From: an uncultured virus (IMG/VR IMGVR_UViG_3300027753_000008)
Lineage: Duplodnaviria; Heunggongvirae; Uroviricota; Caudoviricetes
Reading direction: 5' to 3' (one strand)
IMG/VR virus record: IMGVR_UViG_3300027753_000008
DNA: 64,000 nucleotides
The position numbers and the translations under genes are program-made. Of the stretch, positions 44,333 through 54,854 are shown piece after piece (position 1 is the stretch's first letter; each line of letters starts with the position of its first letter). A model generated the notes under the pieces. It was not told where the DNA came from. It was given only the letters and a program-made list of their open reading frames with translations, and did not search any database.

Positions 44333-46192
44333 TTATTGTATAAGACCGTTGCCTACAATAAAATCACGCATCGTAAGTTTTTTAGCACTATGTTCATCAA
44401 TAGAGCCAGTGGCCTCAACAGAAAAGGGCGCTGCTTGTGCTGTAGCTGGAGCAGTTTGTATACTAGAGTTATCAACATTGTTTATTGTCAGCGAGTAACC
44501 TTGCATTAGATTTCCGGCCTGCCCGATCGTTCCGCCTCTCAGTTTATCTAATTCATTTATATTCTTAGCAAGTTCAGAGTTTTTTCCCATTCCAAACTTG
44601 TCAAAACTTAAAGCTTCTTTTTTTGTTAATATCCCATCACCATTTGCATCTGCTTTTAATATAGCTTGTATTAGGTCGCTTTCTCTCGTAGATTTTTTAT
44701 TAGCGGCCGCAGCTATTTCTTCTACAGATGCATTTGACCTTGCAAGACCTAAACTTTCTACCAGCCAATCAGGTAACAAGCCAGTAATAGATGCAGTTAA
44801 ATCTGATGCTAGCTTTGAAATATTTGGTAAAAAGCCTCCTAACCAATTAAAGAAATCACTCACCCAACCTGTGATTGTTTCTCTTAAGTTAAACTCCTCC
44901 AATTCTTTATCATCCCAACCAAACATTTTACTGGCCCATCGCACAACTGCGTTGATTGGAAAAAACAAAATATCTAAGTAAGTTTTTCCAGCAAAACCTA
45001 ACGCGGATAGCAAATTAGTGAAAGCAGTTGTAAGAGCCTCTTTTGGATCTGAGAATAAAAGTTTAACCCACTCTATGGCACCTTCAACAACACCAAATAT
45101 TCCGCTGGTTATCTTTTTTATAGTTTCTTCAAAGCTAAATGATTCGAGTTGTTTTACGACCCAACCAGCCATACCCTGACCTTCTTTCACCTTACCATCA
45201 GCATCAGTTTCTACACCAAATAGCTTTTTGATTACCCATGAGATCCCCTTCTTGAGCAAATCGAATGGAGCACCAATCAATGAACCTAAGAAACCGCCAA
45301 CACCATCTCCAAGTTTTCCTATAAGGCCATCCGCATCTGATTCTTGGTAAGCTTTTACGCCATCAAATAAACTTACGATAAATCCAATAGGCCATAGGAT
45401 CTTTGCGAATAATGCGCCAAACTTTCCGCCAAATGATGTTATTGTTTTTAAGAAAGCCCCTGCCTTACTAGTAGCAAACTTCGCCACGCCCTCTGAAACG
45501 GCAACAAGTGGTCTTAAGATTCTGCCAATTTGAAATGTTACTCTACCAATTATATTCTTTTTAAATAGGCCATCACCGCCTTTAATTGCTAGTAACTTCC
45601 CATCCGCACCAATACCAAACATTCTTAATGCCCTAATTCTTAGAGCATTCATTCTCATTCCAATTTGAGTTGTTATAGGTGCGGCTTTTTGAAACCTTCC
45701 CTTTGCATCGCGTGTTAAAAGACCTTCAGGAGTCAGCCCAAACATGGCAAAAGCTGCATTCCTCATTCTTATGAGGCCATTACTCATAGTTAATGGTACT
45801 TTTACCATGCTATTTATTTTTTTAATGGCAGAGAGTTCCCATCCTCTAAGACCAGCAAAAGCTGCCGCTACTGCCGCAATTCCTGCAGTGAGAGGAAGGA
45901 GCATTGCTCCTATGCCTTTCATTCCTCCAAAAAGACCTAATAAGCCAATCTTACTATTATTGTTTGTAACGCTTCCACCAGCCTGCTGCTGTTGCTGATT
46001 TTTAGCTTTACTAGTCTCTAGCTTTTCTTCTCGTTTATCTTTCTCTTGCCGTTTAAGATATTCGAAATGATTTGCCATAGTAGCGTTAAGCTTTTCTATA
46101 GCATCAGTCGTTTCTTCTTGCGCTAAAAGCAAATCTCTATTACCGGCCAAAGCCTTAATAATCTTTTGGAAATCTTTAAAATCATCTGCCAT
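44333..46192 (-). CDS. Tape-measure / baseplate hub (gp29-like) protein
   Basis: G/A-rich helical repeats, RDAKGRF, position after gp51. Confidence 0.6.
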   Translation of the reverse strand: MADDFKDFQKIIKALAGNRDLLLAQEETTDAIEKLNATMANHFEYLKRQEKDKREEKLETSKAKNQQQQQAGGSVTNNNSKIGLLGLFGGMKGIGAMLLPLTAGIAAVAAAFAGLRGWELSAIKKINSMVKVPLTMSNGLIRMRNAAFAMFGLTPEGLLTRDAKGRFQKAAPITTQIGMRMNALRIRALRMFGIGADGKLLAIKGGDGLFKKNIIGRVTFQIGRILRPLVAVSEGVAKFATSKAGAFLKTITSFGGKFGALFAKILWPIGFIVSLFDGVKAYQESDADGLIGKLGDGVGGFLGSLIGAPFDLLKKGISWVIKKLFGVETDADGKVKEGQGMAGWVVKQLESFSFEETIKKITSGIFGVVEGAIEWVKLLFSDPKEALTTAFTNLLSALGFAGKTYLDILFFPINAVVRWASKMFGWDDKELEEFNLRETITGWVSDFFNWLGGFLPNISKLASDLTASITGLLPDWLVESLGLARSNASVEEIAAAANKKSTRESDLIQAILKADANGDGILTKKEALSFDKFGMGKNSELAKNINELDKLRGGTIGQAGNLMQGYSLTINNVDNSSIQTAPATAQAAPFSVEATGSIDEHSAKKLTMRDFIVGNGLIQ

Positions 46193-46376
46193 TTGACATC
46201 TTTTGCCTTTCAGCTTCTTTTTGTTGTTCTTTTATCTGATCCAGTAACATAGATAAGTATATTTCTCTCTCCCACGGTATCATATTTTCAACTTCAGCTA
46301 AAGAATAATTATGGTTTTGTATCAGCTGAAAATTCACTTGGTAATAATTAACGAGTGTATCATGAGAAAGAGACAC
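46182..46376 (-). CDS. gp51: Baseplate hub assembly protein gp51
   Basis: NF.L.Q.H.YSL.E.ENMIPWEREIY. Confidence 0.88.
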   Translation of the reverse strand: MSLSHDTLVNYYQVNFQLIQNHNYSLAEVENMIPWEREIYLSMLLDQIKEQQKEAERQKMSNGR

Positions 46377-47083
46377 TAAAAAAAATCAGACATGCCTTTT
46401 AGTAATAAATCATTTTTGTGGCCACAGCTCTTACAGGTGTAAGAGGCATCATGTGATATTTGAGGCATAGATTCAATGAACTTACGAATCGAATCAAATT
46501 GTTCTGAGCTTAATGATTCAATAAACTCCATTTGTGATTCGCGAGTCTCATCTTTAAATGCCATATTTTCGTCTTCGGTCATTACACTTTCAATACACTT
46601 TAAAATCATAGCAAATGTCTGGTGAGTAGTAGACTTAGATTCTAAGATATCCTTATCTAACATACTAAGGTATGACGGATATTTCATTTGAATACTAATA
46701 TCTTCATTCAATTCAATGATGCTAGCTGCATCTGGTTTTTTTACATCTAGTGTATCTAGACTTATTTTTAATTCATTTCTTTCTTCACACTGGTTGCATT
46801 CTGGAGAAATAGTTATACTTTCTCCTACAGACTTTGATCTAATCTTAACGAACATATATTCTACGTCAAAACTAGCGAGAGCTTGCTTGTTGATATCTCC
46901 ATCAACACAAGCCTCGATTGTGTCAACAATGGCAGAGAACATAGATACCTGATCTTCGCTTTCCATTGCCATCATTAGTACCTTTTCTTCTTTTACAAGA
47001 TAAGGCCTAAATCTTACGGTCTGTCCTGTTGAAGGTATTACAAGTTCATATTTTGGTTTATCATTTAGTTTAGGTAGTGCCAT
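46376..47083 (-). CDS. gp26: Baseplate hub subunit gp26
   Basis: MALPKL, RPYLVKEEK.L, FD.EY.F..IRSKSVGE, G..DFF. Confidence 0.9.
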   Translation of the reverse strand: MALPKLNDKPKYELVIPSTGQTVRFRPYLVKEEKVLMMAMESEDQVSMFSAIVDTIEACVDGDINKQALASFDVEYMFVKIRSKSVGESITISPECNQCEERNELKISLDTLDVKKPDAASIIELNEDISIQMKYPSYLSMLDKDILESKSTTHQTFAMILKCIESVMTEDENMAFKDETRESQMEFIESLSSEQFDSIRKFIESMPQISHDASYTCKSCGHKNDLLLKGMSDFF

Positions 47084-47096
47084 TTCAATTCATCCT

Positions 47097-47816
47097 TTAA
47101 TTAAATATTTTTCCTAAGGCTGTTCCAATTTGCGTTTGAACGAATCTATCTGCATTACTAGTAGCTTCGGCCTCGTTTGCAACCCATTTTGTATACGACA
47201 TCTGTACGTTTAGTTCTACAGTACCGTTTTGTTCGTTATTAAGGCTTATATCATTCATCGTAGTAGGAAATGCATCTTGAAGTGTGCACGAATAAACAAC
47301 ATCAGCGCTCGTAATAAAATCTAAGTCTAGTTGACCTTGAGCAAAATCAAATGGACCTAGTTTAGGTAAGCGACTCTGAATCTCCGCTGGTAAAGTAGGA
47401 ATACCAAGAGGAGTAGAATATACAGGAAGCCCTATTCCCTTTCTAAGTTGTTCTATTACAATTTGCTTTCCATACCCCGATTGACCTCTTAAATAACCAC
47501 TTGATTGACCATTTTGGTCTATGGCTAATCTTTGCCAAGTATCAAAATATTTTCTAATACCATAATCGTTAAGAACGTGGAATGTCATAGAAATATCTGT
47601 AACAGCATAGCCGTACGGAACTTTCTGTATTTGCATTCCTATTCTTCTTTCAGTAGTAAGAATCTGCTTTCCAGGAAGAACTATATCCTTGCACAGTAAA
47701 TTTACATCAGATGAAGAAGCACCAGGTATAGATGGCATCTTTACTCTAAAGATGTTATTTCTGGCAGCACCACCTTTTTGTGAAACTAAGCTTTTAAATT
47801 GGTCGAGACTAGCCAT
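47097..47816 (-). CDS. gp54: Baseplate-tail tube initiator (gp54-like)
   Basis: GG.AR.N.F.V, LPGK, PY, L.DAFP; synteny. Confidence 0.65.
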   Translation of the reverse strand: MASLDQFKSLVSQKGGAARNNIFRVKMPSIPGASSSDVNLLCKDIVLPGKQILTTERRIGMQIQKVPYGYAVTDISMTFHVLNDYGIRKYFDTWQRLAIDQNGQSSGYLRGQSGYGKQIVIEQLRKGIGLPVYSTPLGIPTLPAEIQSRLPKLGPFDFAQGQLDLDFITSADVVYSCTLQDAFPTTMNDISLNNEQNGTVELNVQMSYTKWVANEAEATSNADRFVQTQIGTALGKIFN

Positions 47817-48400
47817 TAAATCATTCCTCTAGAGTCTTTATATACTTGAGTACCATTACCCTTTTGCCAGCTAGCCGTAGGTAGAAACGTTGCAATTTCC
47901 CATTCCGGTGCTGGCACTCTTGCGAATCTACTTCTTACTTGCTGTGATAGGTAATGTTTTACACAAGGCTTAAAATACTTATATTTTGCAGCTCTTTTTA
48001 AAGTGTTATATGTTACACTAAATCTTGTTGAGTCATCATATTTTTTATTATTTGTAATGTCCATTAGCGCATCTAAAAACTTAGCTCTAAGAGCAGGAGG
48101 CAAATAATGTAGGTTTAATCCTAAGAATCCTCCTTCTGCCGGACCTATAACAATTGTCAAAGGAAACGCGTCATAGTACGGCAAAGTTTTTTTGTTCTTA
48201 GCGTCGTAGAAAAACATCTGCATAGATCCTACTAATTGACGGTTAGCCAAATTAAGAGAATCATCTTTCAATATTTCATTACGATTAACCCTACGAATAC
48301 GCGTAAGTTTTTTACGGAACCACTCTCTAGACTCTTGCGTTCTAGGTGTAATTCCAGCTCTAAAAGCTTCTATTTCTAAATTCTTAAATAAATCTGCCAT
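47816..48400 (-). CDS. gp2: DNA end protector protein gp2
   Basis: LPYYDAFPL, GFLGLNLHYLP, CVKHYL, EWEIA.FLP. Confidence 0.92.
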   Translation of the reverse strand: MADLFKNLEIEAFRAGITPRTQESREWFRKKLTRIRRVNRNEILKDDSLNLANRQLVGSMQMFFYDAKNKKTLPYYDAFPLTIVIGPAEGGFLGLNLHYLPPALRAKFLDALMDITNNKKYDDSTRFSVTYNTLKRAAKYKYFKPCVKHYLSQQVRSRFARVPAPEWEIATFLPTASWQKGNGTQVYKDSRGMI

Positions 48401-48404
48401 ATCG

Positions 48405-48902
48405 TTATTTATATGTGTTTTTGGGCTTCCGAAGTGGCTTTAACGGTTTAATCTTTTTCTTAGGCTGAGGTAGTATGCCCATAGCTCCTAATTCATTTTC
48501 AGTCCATATCTGAAATGCCCAACCTCTATCAGCAGCATAGCTTTGCGCTGCTTTCCACTTATTTACGTTTTTAACATACGTCATGCCTTCATTGATATAT
48601 CTCTTGGTTTTTCGTCCACTAAACTTAGGAGGAGCTGTTTCTTTATTTGGTTTTATTTCAACCAGCACAGTCTTACCGTTGTTATAGGTCAATTTAAGGT
48701 CCATAAAGTATCTATGGTACTTTTTATCAACTTCATAGAAATACGGTATTACAACCTCTTCACTTGACCAATACTTTATATCACGCGAATCATCGCACCA
48801 TTTAAAGGCATTTCTTTCCCATAATGACCTAAATACTACACCATCGGGGTTACCTTTGTATTTAGATCTGTTTTTAACCTTATACTTACCTGAATATGCC
48901 AT
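48405..48902 (-). CDS. gp4: Head completion nuclease gp4
   Basis: MAYSGKY, RSLWE, WSSEE, HRYF.D, EIKP, N..KW.AA. Confidence 0.93.
   Translation of the reverse strand: MAYSGKYKVKNRSKYKGNPDGVVFRSLWERNAFKWCDDSRDIKYWSSEEVVIPYFYEVDKKYHRYFMDLKLTYNNGKTVLVEIKPNKETAPPKFSGRKTKRYINEGMTYVKNVNKWKAAQSYAADRGWAFQIWTENELGAMGILPQPKKKIKPLKPLRKPKNTYK
48406..48413 (-). promoter_or_regulatory. Late promoter (minus strand)
   Basis: TATTTATA on + just upstream of gp2. Confidence 0.7.
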
Positions 48903-48911
48903 AGATACCTT

Positions 48912-48919
48912 TATAAATA
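48912..48919 (+). promoter_or_regulatory. Late promoter (divergent with GATAAATA on minus at 48934-48941)
   Basis: TATAAATA. Confidence 0.75.
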
Positions 48920-48952
48920 ATGTAAACTTTATATATTTATCAAGGACTCCTT

Positions 48953-49987
48953 ATGTCATATAAAAATAAAAGAAACTTTAAGTTTCCCATCGAGGACGAA
49001 GGCTATCAGGGTAGAATAGTTTTTGAAGCCTTCGGTGAAAACTACAAGACTTTACCTCAAACGGCCTTTAACGCATTCGTCGATGGTACGTCAGCAGCAG
49101 CTAAGATTATTAGTGATAATAGCAATGGAGTAGTAGAAGACGCAGCGGGTTTACTTAGTGGTTTAATAGGAAATGACGGTTCTAATAAAGCCAAAGAGGC
49201 TAAGGAAGCTCTTGTAAATTTTAGAGGAACGAACGAACCGAGACGCGGGTCTGCTGCTGCTAGAGTGGCAAGCGGAAGAAAGGCTACGCTATATCTTCCT
49301 TCTGCCTTACAGTTTCAAGATAATATAGAATATACAAACGTAGATTTAGGGGCTCTTGGTTCAGGCGCCGCAAGGTTAATAAGCGATCCGAATGCTGCTA
49401 TGAAAGACACTATTTCTCAAGCTACTGGTCTTGGTGGTTTGTCAGATTTAGCGGGTAGAGGTCTTAGATCAGAAGCTGCTCAAATTGCATCCTTAAGACT
49501 TGCAAAAGGACTGAGCCCAGAGCTTCAAGGCGCTGTTGAAACATCGACAGGAATTTCGATGAATCCCAACAGAAGATCATCTCTACGAGGGGTTGGAGTT
49601 AGACAATTTAGATTTGCTTTTAAAATGATTCCAACATCACAAAGAGAAGCCGAAGAAGTTAAAAGCATAGTTCAGTTTTTTAGAGAAGAAATGTATCCAG
49701 ATACTTCAAACGAAGGAATCGATTTAGCTCTAAGATTTCCTAGCAAGTTTAGAATTAAAATGTTTTATGCTAATAAGAGAATCGCAACAAAAATACTTCC
49801 TTCGTTTCTGGCTAATGTTGATGTTAGTTATAACTCTACTGGTATGTCATTTCACTCAGATGGTAATTTTCAAGAAACAGATATTTCTCTTTCCTTCATA
49901 GAAGAAAGAGCTCTTACTAAAAAGGATATTTTAAACGAAGTGGATGAGCTATCAAACGATTACCTAATATCAGCAGGAGCCGGATAA
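48953..49987 (+). CDS. gp48: Baseplate tail tube cap gp48
   Basis: LYLP, NPN....GV..R.F.F.FKMIP.S..EA, FRE.MYP. Confidence 0.85.
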   Translation: MSYKNKRNFKFPIEDEGYQGRIVFEAFGENYKTLPQTAFNAFVDGTSAAAKIISDNSNGVVEDAAGLLSGLIGNDGSNKAKEAKEALVNFRGTNEPRRGSAAARVASGRKATLYLPSALQFQDNIEYTNVDLGALGSGAARLISDPNAAMKDTISQATGLGGLSDLAGRGLRSEAAQIASLRLAKGLSPELQGAVETSTGISMNPNRRSSLRGVGVRQFRFAFKMIPTSQREAEEVKSIVQFFREEMYPDTSNEGIDLALRFPSKFRIKMFYANKRIATKILPSFLANVDVSYNSTGMSFHSDGNFQETDISLSFIEERALTKKDILNEVDELSNDYLISAGAG

Positions 49988-49988
49988 T

Positions 49989-51047
49989 ATGCCATTCTTT
50001 AGAAATTTTCCAATTACAAACTACCGATTCGGTGAAGAAAATGCTTCAGCTTTATTTCAGGATTTAACCACATACATAGATATCATCGATCAAATAGCTA
50101 ACGACGGTTCTTTTTATGAAACGACTTTTATTCAAGACGGAGTAAGACCAGACGTCCTTTCATACGAACTATATCAAACAGCTAATTTGTATTGGACTTT
50201 CTTTCTACTTAATCATACTTTAAGATACCAAGGTTGGCCTATGAGTAGTGCTGAAGTATATGATTACGCTAAAGTATACTATCCCAACACAGTTATTAGA
50301 TCAGACGCTACTATGCACGGTGAATTTTATATTGGAGATATAGTAGCTGACCGAGTAAATTTTGATGAATTCGGAACGCTCTTTAAAGGTAGAATTCTAG
50401 AAAAAAGCTATGACCTAGGTCAGATAGTTATAAAACCTATTATAGACGTAAAGGTTATTAATATAACAAATCCAGGTAGCGGATATACATCTCCGCCAAC
50501 AATAACTATTTCCGGTGGAGGAGGTAGCGGTGCAACTGGTCAGGCCGTAATGACTTACATTGATGGAACTGAAGTAGTTACTTCTGAATCATTGCAGTCT
50601 ATAGCTGTTCTCACTGGCGGAGAAGGTTATACATCAGCACCAACTATAACTATTTCAGAGCCTAATATTCCTAATGGTGTTCAAGCTACTGCTACTTCTA
50701 CACTTTCTAGCTTTAACGTCCCAATAAATACTACTATATATTCTCAGAAAGATCAACCGGATGTGAAGCAATGGGACGACGATTTAGTAAGATCGCTTAT
50801 TACTCATAATAATATTGTACAGTATAATGCGCCGCAAAGGTATATAGATGGTAGTGGTAGAGATATAGATTTAGTAATTAATGCTTCCGGTGGCGTAAAA
50901 AACAGACCAGATACAGAATCTGGAACTCCGGTTTCATATTTAGATAGGCTTATAGAAGAGAATAACAAATTAAGAAGTATAAAAATTCTTAAACCACAAG
51001 TGGCTAATCAAGTAAATAATGAATTCCAAAAACTACTGAGAACTTAA
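49989..51047 (+). CDS. gp53: Baseplate wedge gp53 with inserted GxGYT repeats
   Basis: FF..FP...Y, RPD.LSY.LY....LYW..., WP, N..LR.IKILKP. Confidence 0.85.
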   Translation: MPFFRNFPITNYRFGEENASALFQDLTTYIDIIDQIANDGSFYETTFIQDGVRPDVLSYELYQTANLYWTFFLLNHTLRYQGWPMSSAEVYDYAKVYYPNTVIRSDATMHGEFYIGDIVADRVNFDEFGTLFKGRILEKSYDLGQIVIKPIIDVKVINITNPGSGYTSPPTITISGGGGSGATGQAVMTYIDGTEVVTSESLQSIAVLTGGEGYTSAPTITISEPNIPNGVQATATSTLSSFNVPINTTIYSQKDQPDVKQWDDDLVRSLITHNNIVQYNAPQRYIDGSGRDIDLVINASGGVKNRPDTESGTPVSYLDRLIEENNKLRSIKILKPQVANQVNNEFQKLLRT

Positions 51048-51048
51048 A

Positions 51049-52416
51049 ATGAGAGAAAATATTGAAAAAAAGCAAAAGCCTCCTATTACGTCTAGTGAGC
51101 AGCTCGATTTAATCGGTATAACTATGGATTCAGAAAGGTTCAACAAGCCTTTGTCTATAGCTGGTATTGTTGCAGAAATTAATGTTTATGAAGATCTTTC
51201 AAAGGGATACTTGACTGCTGATATGGTACTACAAGACGATCAAGATTTCTATAGAATGGTCGATATAGTAGGAACTGAAAAAGTTACTTTAGAATTTACA
51301 TGTCCGGACGAAGAATCAGCCGGATCTATAGAATTAAATTTTGTTGTAGAAGAAATTATTAGTAACGCAAGAAATTCTAATAATATTTCTATAATATCTT
51401 TTCATTTAATAGAAGATATAAAGTTTTATAGTGATTTAACTAGATTCAGTAAAGCCTATACTGGCACTGGAGAACAAATAATTGCTAGTATCGTAAAAGA
51501 TAAGCTTGGTAGAGAACTTGTTATTGAAAGCGAATCTAGATCAACGCAATCGGTTTTTAGATATATTGTACCGTACCAAACTCCTCTTAACGCAATTAAG
51601 ACGGTGTTATCTAAAATGACAACTGAATCAGGTATGCCTTTCTTTTTTTATTCTTCAATTATTGATAATAAGTTTTATCTTACAGATCTAGAAACTATTT
51701 TAAAAACGGAATCTTTTAATGTTAATAGACCGTTTGTATATGATCAGTCTAATACAGTAAGAGACGATTTAGAATCTCAGATAGTGAACATTGCAGCTAT
51801 TAAGTCTACACTGTCAGAAAATACACATGAAATAGCACAAAATGGAGCTATAGGGTCAAATTACGAATCCGTTAATGCAACTACAGGACAAAACTTTGGT
51901 CCTTACCACATAGATATGCAGGAACACTTCGAACTTTTAAAAGATCTACAAATACTTCCTAAAGAACAAAATTTTGTTGCCATAGATAAAGAGTTCGTAG
52001 CAGACCCAGCAGGAATTGACCGATCTCCTATAACTAGTTATAATTCTAAAATAACTACAAAAATAATAACACAACCATATAAAGATGCATATGGCTTTAA
52101 TCAAGAAGCATTCCCTGGCCAGGAAAAATTGTCTGCGCTTCGGCAGTCAATTTTTAATCATCTTCTAAAGAACATGTACACTATTAATATGCCTGGACTT
52201 CTCTTTACTGTAAAAAATATAAAGTCCTGTGTAGGACATCAAGTTGCGATGGATATAAAAAGAAACGATACAGATTTTGGTGCTGTGACAATAGACGAAA
52301 AAAGGTCTGGACATTTTGTCATATTAAGTAAGAGACATAATTTTAATATTCCAAGTGAGACTCACAATATATCTTTAGGTTTAAGCAAATTGGCCAATCG
52401 GAGTAGTATAGCATGA
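51049..52416 (+). CDS. Baseplate hub protein (gp27-like)
   Basis: INVYEDL, S.AY.G, P...P, FFFY, SGHF.I; synteny. Confidence 0.65.
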   Translation: MRENIEKKQKPPITSSEQLDLIGITMDSERFNKPLSIAGIVAEINVYEDLSKGYLTADMVLQDDQDFYRMVDIVGTEKVTLEFTCPDEESAGSIELNFVVEEIISNARNSNNISIISFHLIEDIKFYSDLTRFSKAYTGTGEQIIASIVKDKLGRELVIESESRSTQSVFRYIVPYQTPLNAIKTVLSKMTTESGMPFFFYSSIIDNKFYLTDLETILKTESFNVNRPFVYDQSNTVRDDLESQIVNIAAIKSTLSENTHEIAQNGAIGSNYESVNATTGQNFGPYHIDMQEHFELLKDLQILPKEQNFVAIDKEFVADPAGIDRSPITSYNSKITTKIITQPYKDAYGFNQEAFPGQEKLSALRQSIFNHLLKNMYTINMPGLLFTVKNIKSCVGHQVAMDIKRNDTDFGAVTIDEKRSGHFVILSKRHNFNIPSETHNISLGLSKLANRSSIA

Positions 52417-53354
52417 ATGAGTATTATGGCGACAATATTAGATGGTTTGTTGGTAGAATTATTAGTGACTCGGATCCAGATGAAGCTGGTAGGTTTCAGG
52501 TAAGAATATACGGTATACATTCAAATGAGGTAAAAGACAAGTACCTTCCTTGGGCTGAAACAGTATTGCCTACAACTGAAGGTGGTGTTTCTGGAATAGG
52601 CAAAATACCTCAAATGAAAAAGAGCGCACTAGTATTTGGGTTTTTTATGGATGGAGCACTATCTCAAAATCCTATTATAGTCGGATCTATGAGTCATATT
52701 GAACAACCTTCTAGCACTCAAGTAACTGCAGCTGCACAAGCTGGCAGAATTAATCTCTTAGATAAAAGAAATATCGGTAAAGAAGGCGTTGTAATAAGCC
52801 AACAGCAAAGACAGATATATGAAAACGGTACTGAAGATATAGATCAGTTAAGAATCTTAGTTATGGACTTTTTAATTTCGAATGGCCTTCCAATTAAATC
52901 TGCTGCAGGTGTTTGCGGTAATCTCGAAATAGAAAGTAACTTTAATCCGAATGCTAAAAACCAAGATGGTATAGAAGATTCTAGAGGTATAGCTCAGTGG
53001 AACTCTAGGTGGGGAAGGTGGCAAAGAGTGGAAGCATATGCTTCAGAACTAAATGAAGATCCTTATGACATTTTCTTACAATTAAAATTTTTAGTGTATG
53101 ATATGAAAACAGGCGGTATTCACAAATGCTGGAATCATTTAAAAGAAGCATCTAATATAACTAACTTTGATGGTCCAAAAGATGATACTAACTCAACCTT
53201 TCATTTTTTTGACGTATTTGAAAAAGCAGATCCCTTATACTACACACACAACGGAAGGTCTCGTCCTGCTGCAGCACGAAAAGCATATGATACATATAAA
53301 GCATCTTTAGTGTTAAGCGCTGAAACCAATCTAATATCATCAGGAGCTAGATAA
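52413..53354 (+). CDS. gp5: gp5 N-terminal OB-fold fused to tail lysozyme domain
   Basis: WFVG....DP...GR..VRI.G.H, LPWA, V.GFFMDG..Q.P; AAGVCGNLEIES, GIAQW. Confidence 0.85.
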   Translation: MNEYYGDNIRWFVGRIISDSDPDEAGRFQVRIYGIHSNEVKDKYLPWAETVLPTTEGGVSGIGKIPQMKKSALVFGFFMDGALSQNPIIVGSMSHIEQPSSTQVTAAAQAGRINLLDKRNIGKEGVVISQQQRQIYENGTEDIDQLRILVMDFLISNGLPIKSAAGVCGNLEIESNFNPNAKNQDGIEDSRGIAQWNSRWGRWQRVEAYASELNEDPYDIFLQLKFLVYDMKTGGIHKCWNHLKEASNITNFDGPKDDTNSTFHFFDVFEKADPLYYTHNGRSRPAAARKAYDTYKASLVLSAETNLISSGAR

Positions 53355-54853
53355 TGTCGGCAAAAGATCTTTTAGAAGGTAGCCTTAAGACTGTAGAGTC
53401 GTTTCTTAATTTGTCAAAAGCTTCTTCTGATGTTAGCGATTTGGTAGAGTTACAGAGCGCAGCACTAAGTTTTAAGTATAAGTCTGATGCGGCTGTGTCA
53501 GGAGGATTTAAATCTGTTGCCAGTACTGATAGAGATATTATCTCAAATGCTACTGGTTCTGTTCCTGAACAAGTAACAAAACAATTAGGTCTAGTCCAAT
53601 TAGATCCTTCTGCAAGCACACCAGATCTTGTTAAAGTTGTTGAAGCAGCTGATAAGATTGATTTAACTGCTATTGCTGGAGATGCTAGACTTGCGGCCGA
53701 TGGTTTTTTGGATGTAGCCATTAGCGCACCGTTTCCTGAAGCGCTAGCCCAAGTTATAAAAGATACCACTGATATAAATTCTAGTGGAATAAAAGATATC
53801 GTAAATAATAATGTTTCTTCTGAACTTTTTAAAGATAATATACTCGATACAGTACTTGGTGATGTTTTACAGAATACCGATTTATCTATTAGCAGCGTGT
53901 CAAATAATGCTATTAACGCGCAATTAAAATCCTTTAATAATATTTTAAATAAAGTTTCCTTTGGTTTTGATGATCTTATAGGCAATTTAGTTGAAGAATC
54001 TTTTAGATCAACTGAAAACACATTAGGCAAAGTAGCTATAAAGAATAATGTAGTTAGCAATGTTTCACCTGAAGATATTACTAGAATTGTAAATCTAAAG
54101 AAAGAAGGCAATATTGCAGAAGGCGTCAAAGTACTTAAAAAGTATTCTGATCGACCAGATGCTGAATTAGAAAATGCTATTAGGCAAATAGATAATAGAG
54201 CATCAAAAGCGCTAGAGCCTAAAGCAGCTGCTATAGATATACCTACAAAAAGAACTGACGATTATACAAATGTTTGGAGAGAAGCTAACACCAATCCTAA
54301 TTCTAAAATATTTGATTCTATTGTGGACTATGCCGAAGTTAGTACTGAAATAGCTAATTTAAAAAGAGATGTCACGCAGGTAGTAATAGAAGCATGGAAT
54401 GTATTTGCTTCTGATGGAAAAGGAAAGGTTGAAGAATATCACCAGGTATTTGTAGATGAATATAATCAAGGACTAGAACCACACCTATTCGTTGATCAAT
54501 CCGGTGTTGTGCATAGAGGTAGACCATTAGAAATAAAGGGTACGGGTATTTATTATGATGGTCTTCCAGATCATTCTGAAAGAACTATATTGATTGCGCT
54601 TGAGCAACTTGAATGGAACGCTAGCGCAGCACAAATTAAAACTATGCGCAATCTTTTGCAAGCAATATATGAAGTTAAGCCTGGCATACAAGCATTGGCG
54701 CTGTATGATATTCTTGCTACTACAGAAGCACCATGGTGGGATGTTCAGAATACTGTAAAAGTCTGGTATGGTAAAGAAAATGTAAAAGGATATAATCCTC
54801 GAAAGTCACTGCCATTAACGCAGAAACAAATAATAGATGGCGTAGGAAATTAA
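53354..54853 (+). CDS. Baseplate-associated protein with degenerate amidase_2-like C-terminal domain
   Basis: HLFVDQSGVVHRGRP..AQ...L..L...PG..P.WDV. Confidence 0.65.
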   Translation: MSAKDLLEGSLKTVESFLNLSKASSDVSDLVELQSAALSFKYKSDAAVSGGFKSVASTDRDIISNATGSVPEQVTKQLGLVQLDPSASTPDLVKVVEAADKIDLTAIAGDARLAADGFLDVAISAPFPEALAQVIKDTTDINSSGIKDIVNNNVSSELFKDNILDTVLGDVLQNTDLSISSVSNNAINAQLKSFNNILNKVSFGFDDLIGNLVEESFRSTENTLGKVAIKNNVVSNVSPEDITRIVNLKKEGNIAEGVKVLKKYSDRPDAELENAIRQIDNRASKALEPKAAAIDIPTKRTDDYTNVWREANTNPNSKIFDSIVDYAEVSTEIANLKRDVTQVVIEAWNVFASDGKGKVEEYHQVFVDEYNQGLEPHLFVDQSGVVHRGRPLEIKGTGIYYDGLPDHSERTILIALEQLEWNASAAQIKTMRNLLQAIYEVKPGIQALALYDILATTEAPWWDVQNTVKVWYGKENVKGYNPRKSLPLTQKQIIDGVGN

Positions 54854-54854
54854 T

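Noticed and set aside
53347..54129. 260 aa antisense ORF and many similar minus-strand ORFs
   Set aside because: Antisense shadows of well-supported genes, without RBS or recognisable motifs
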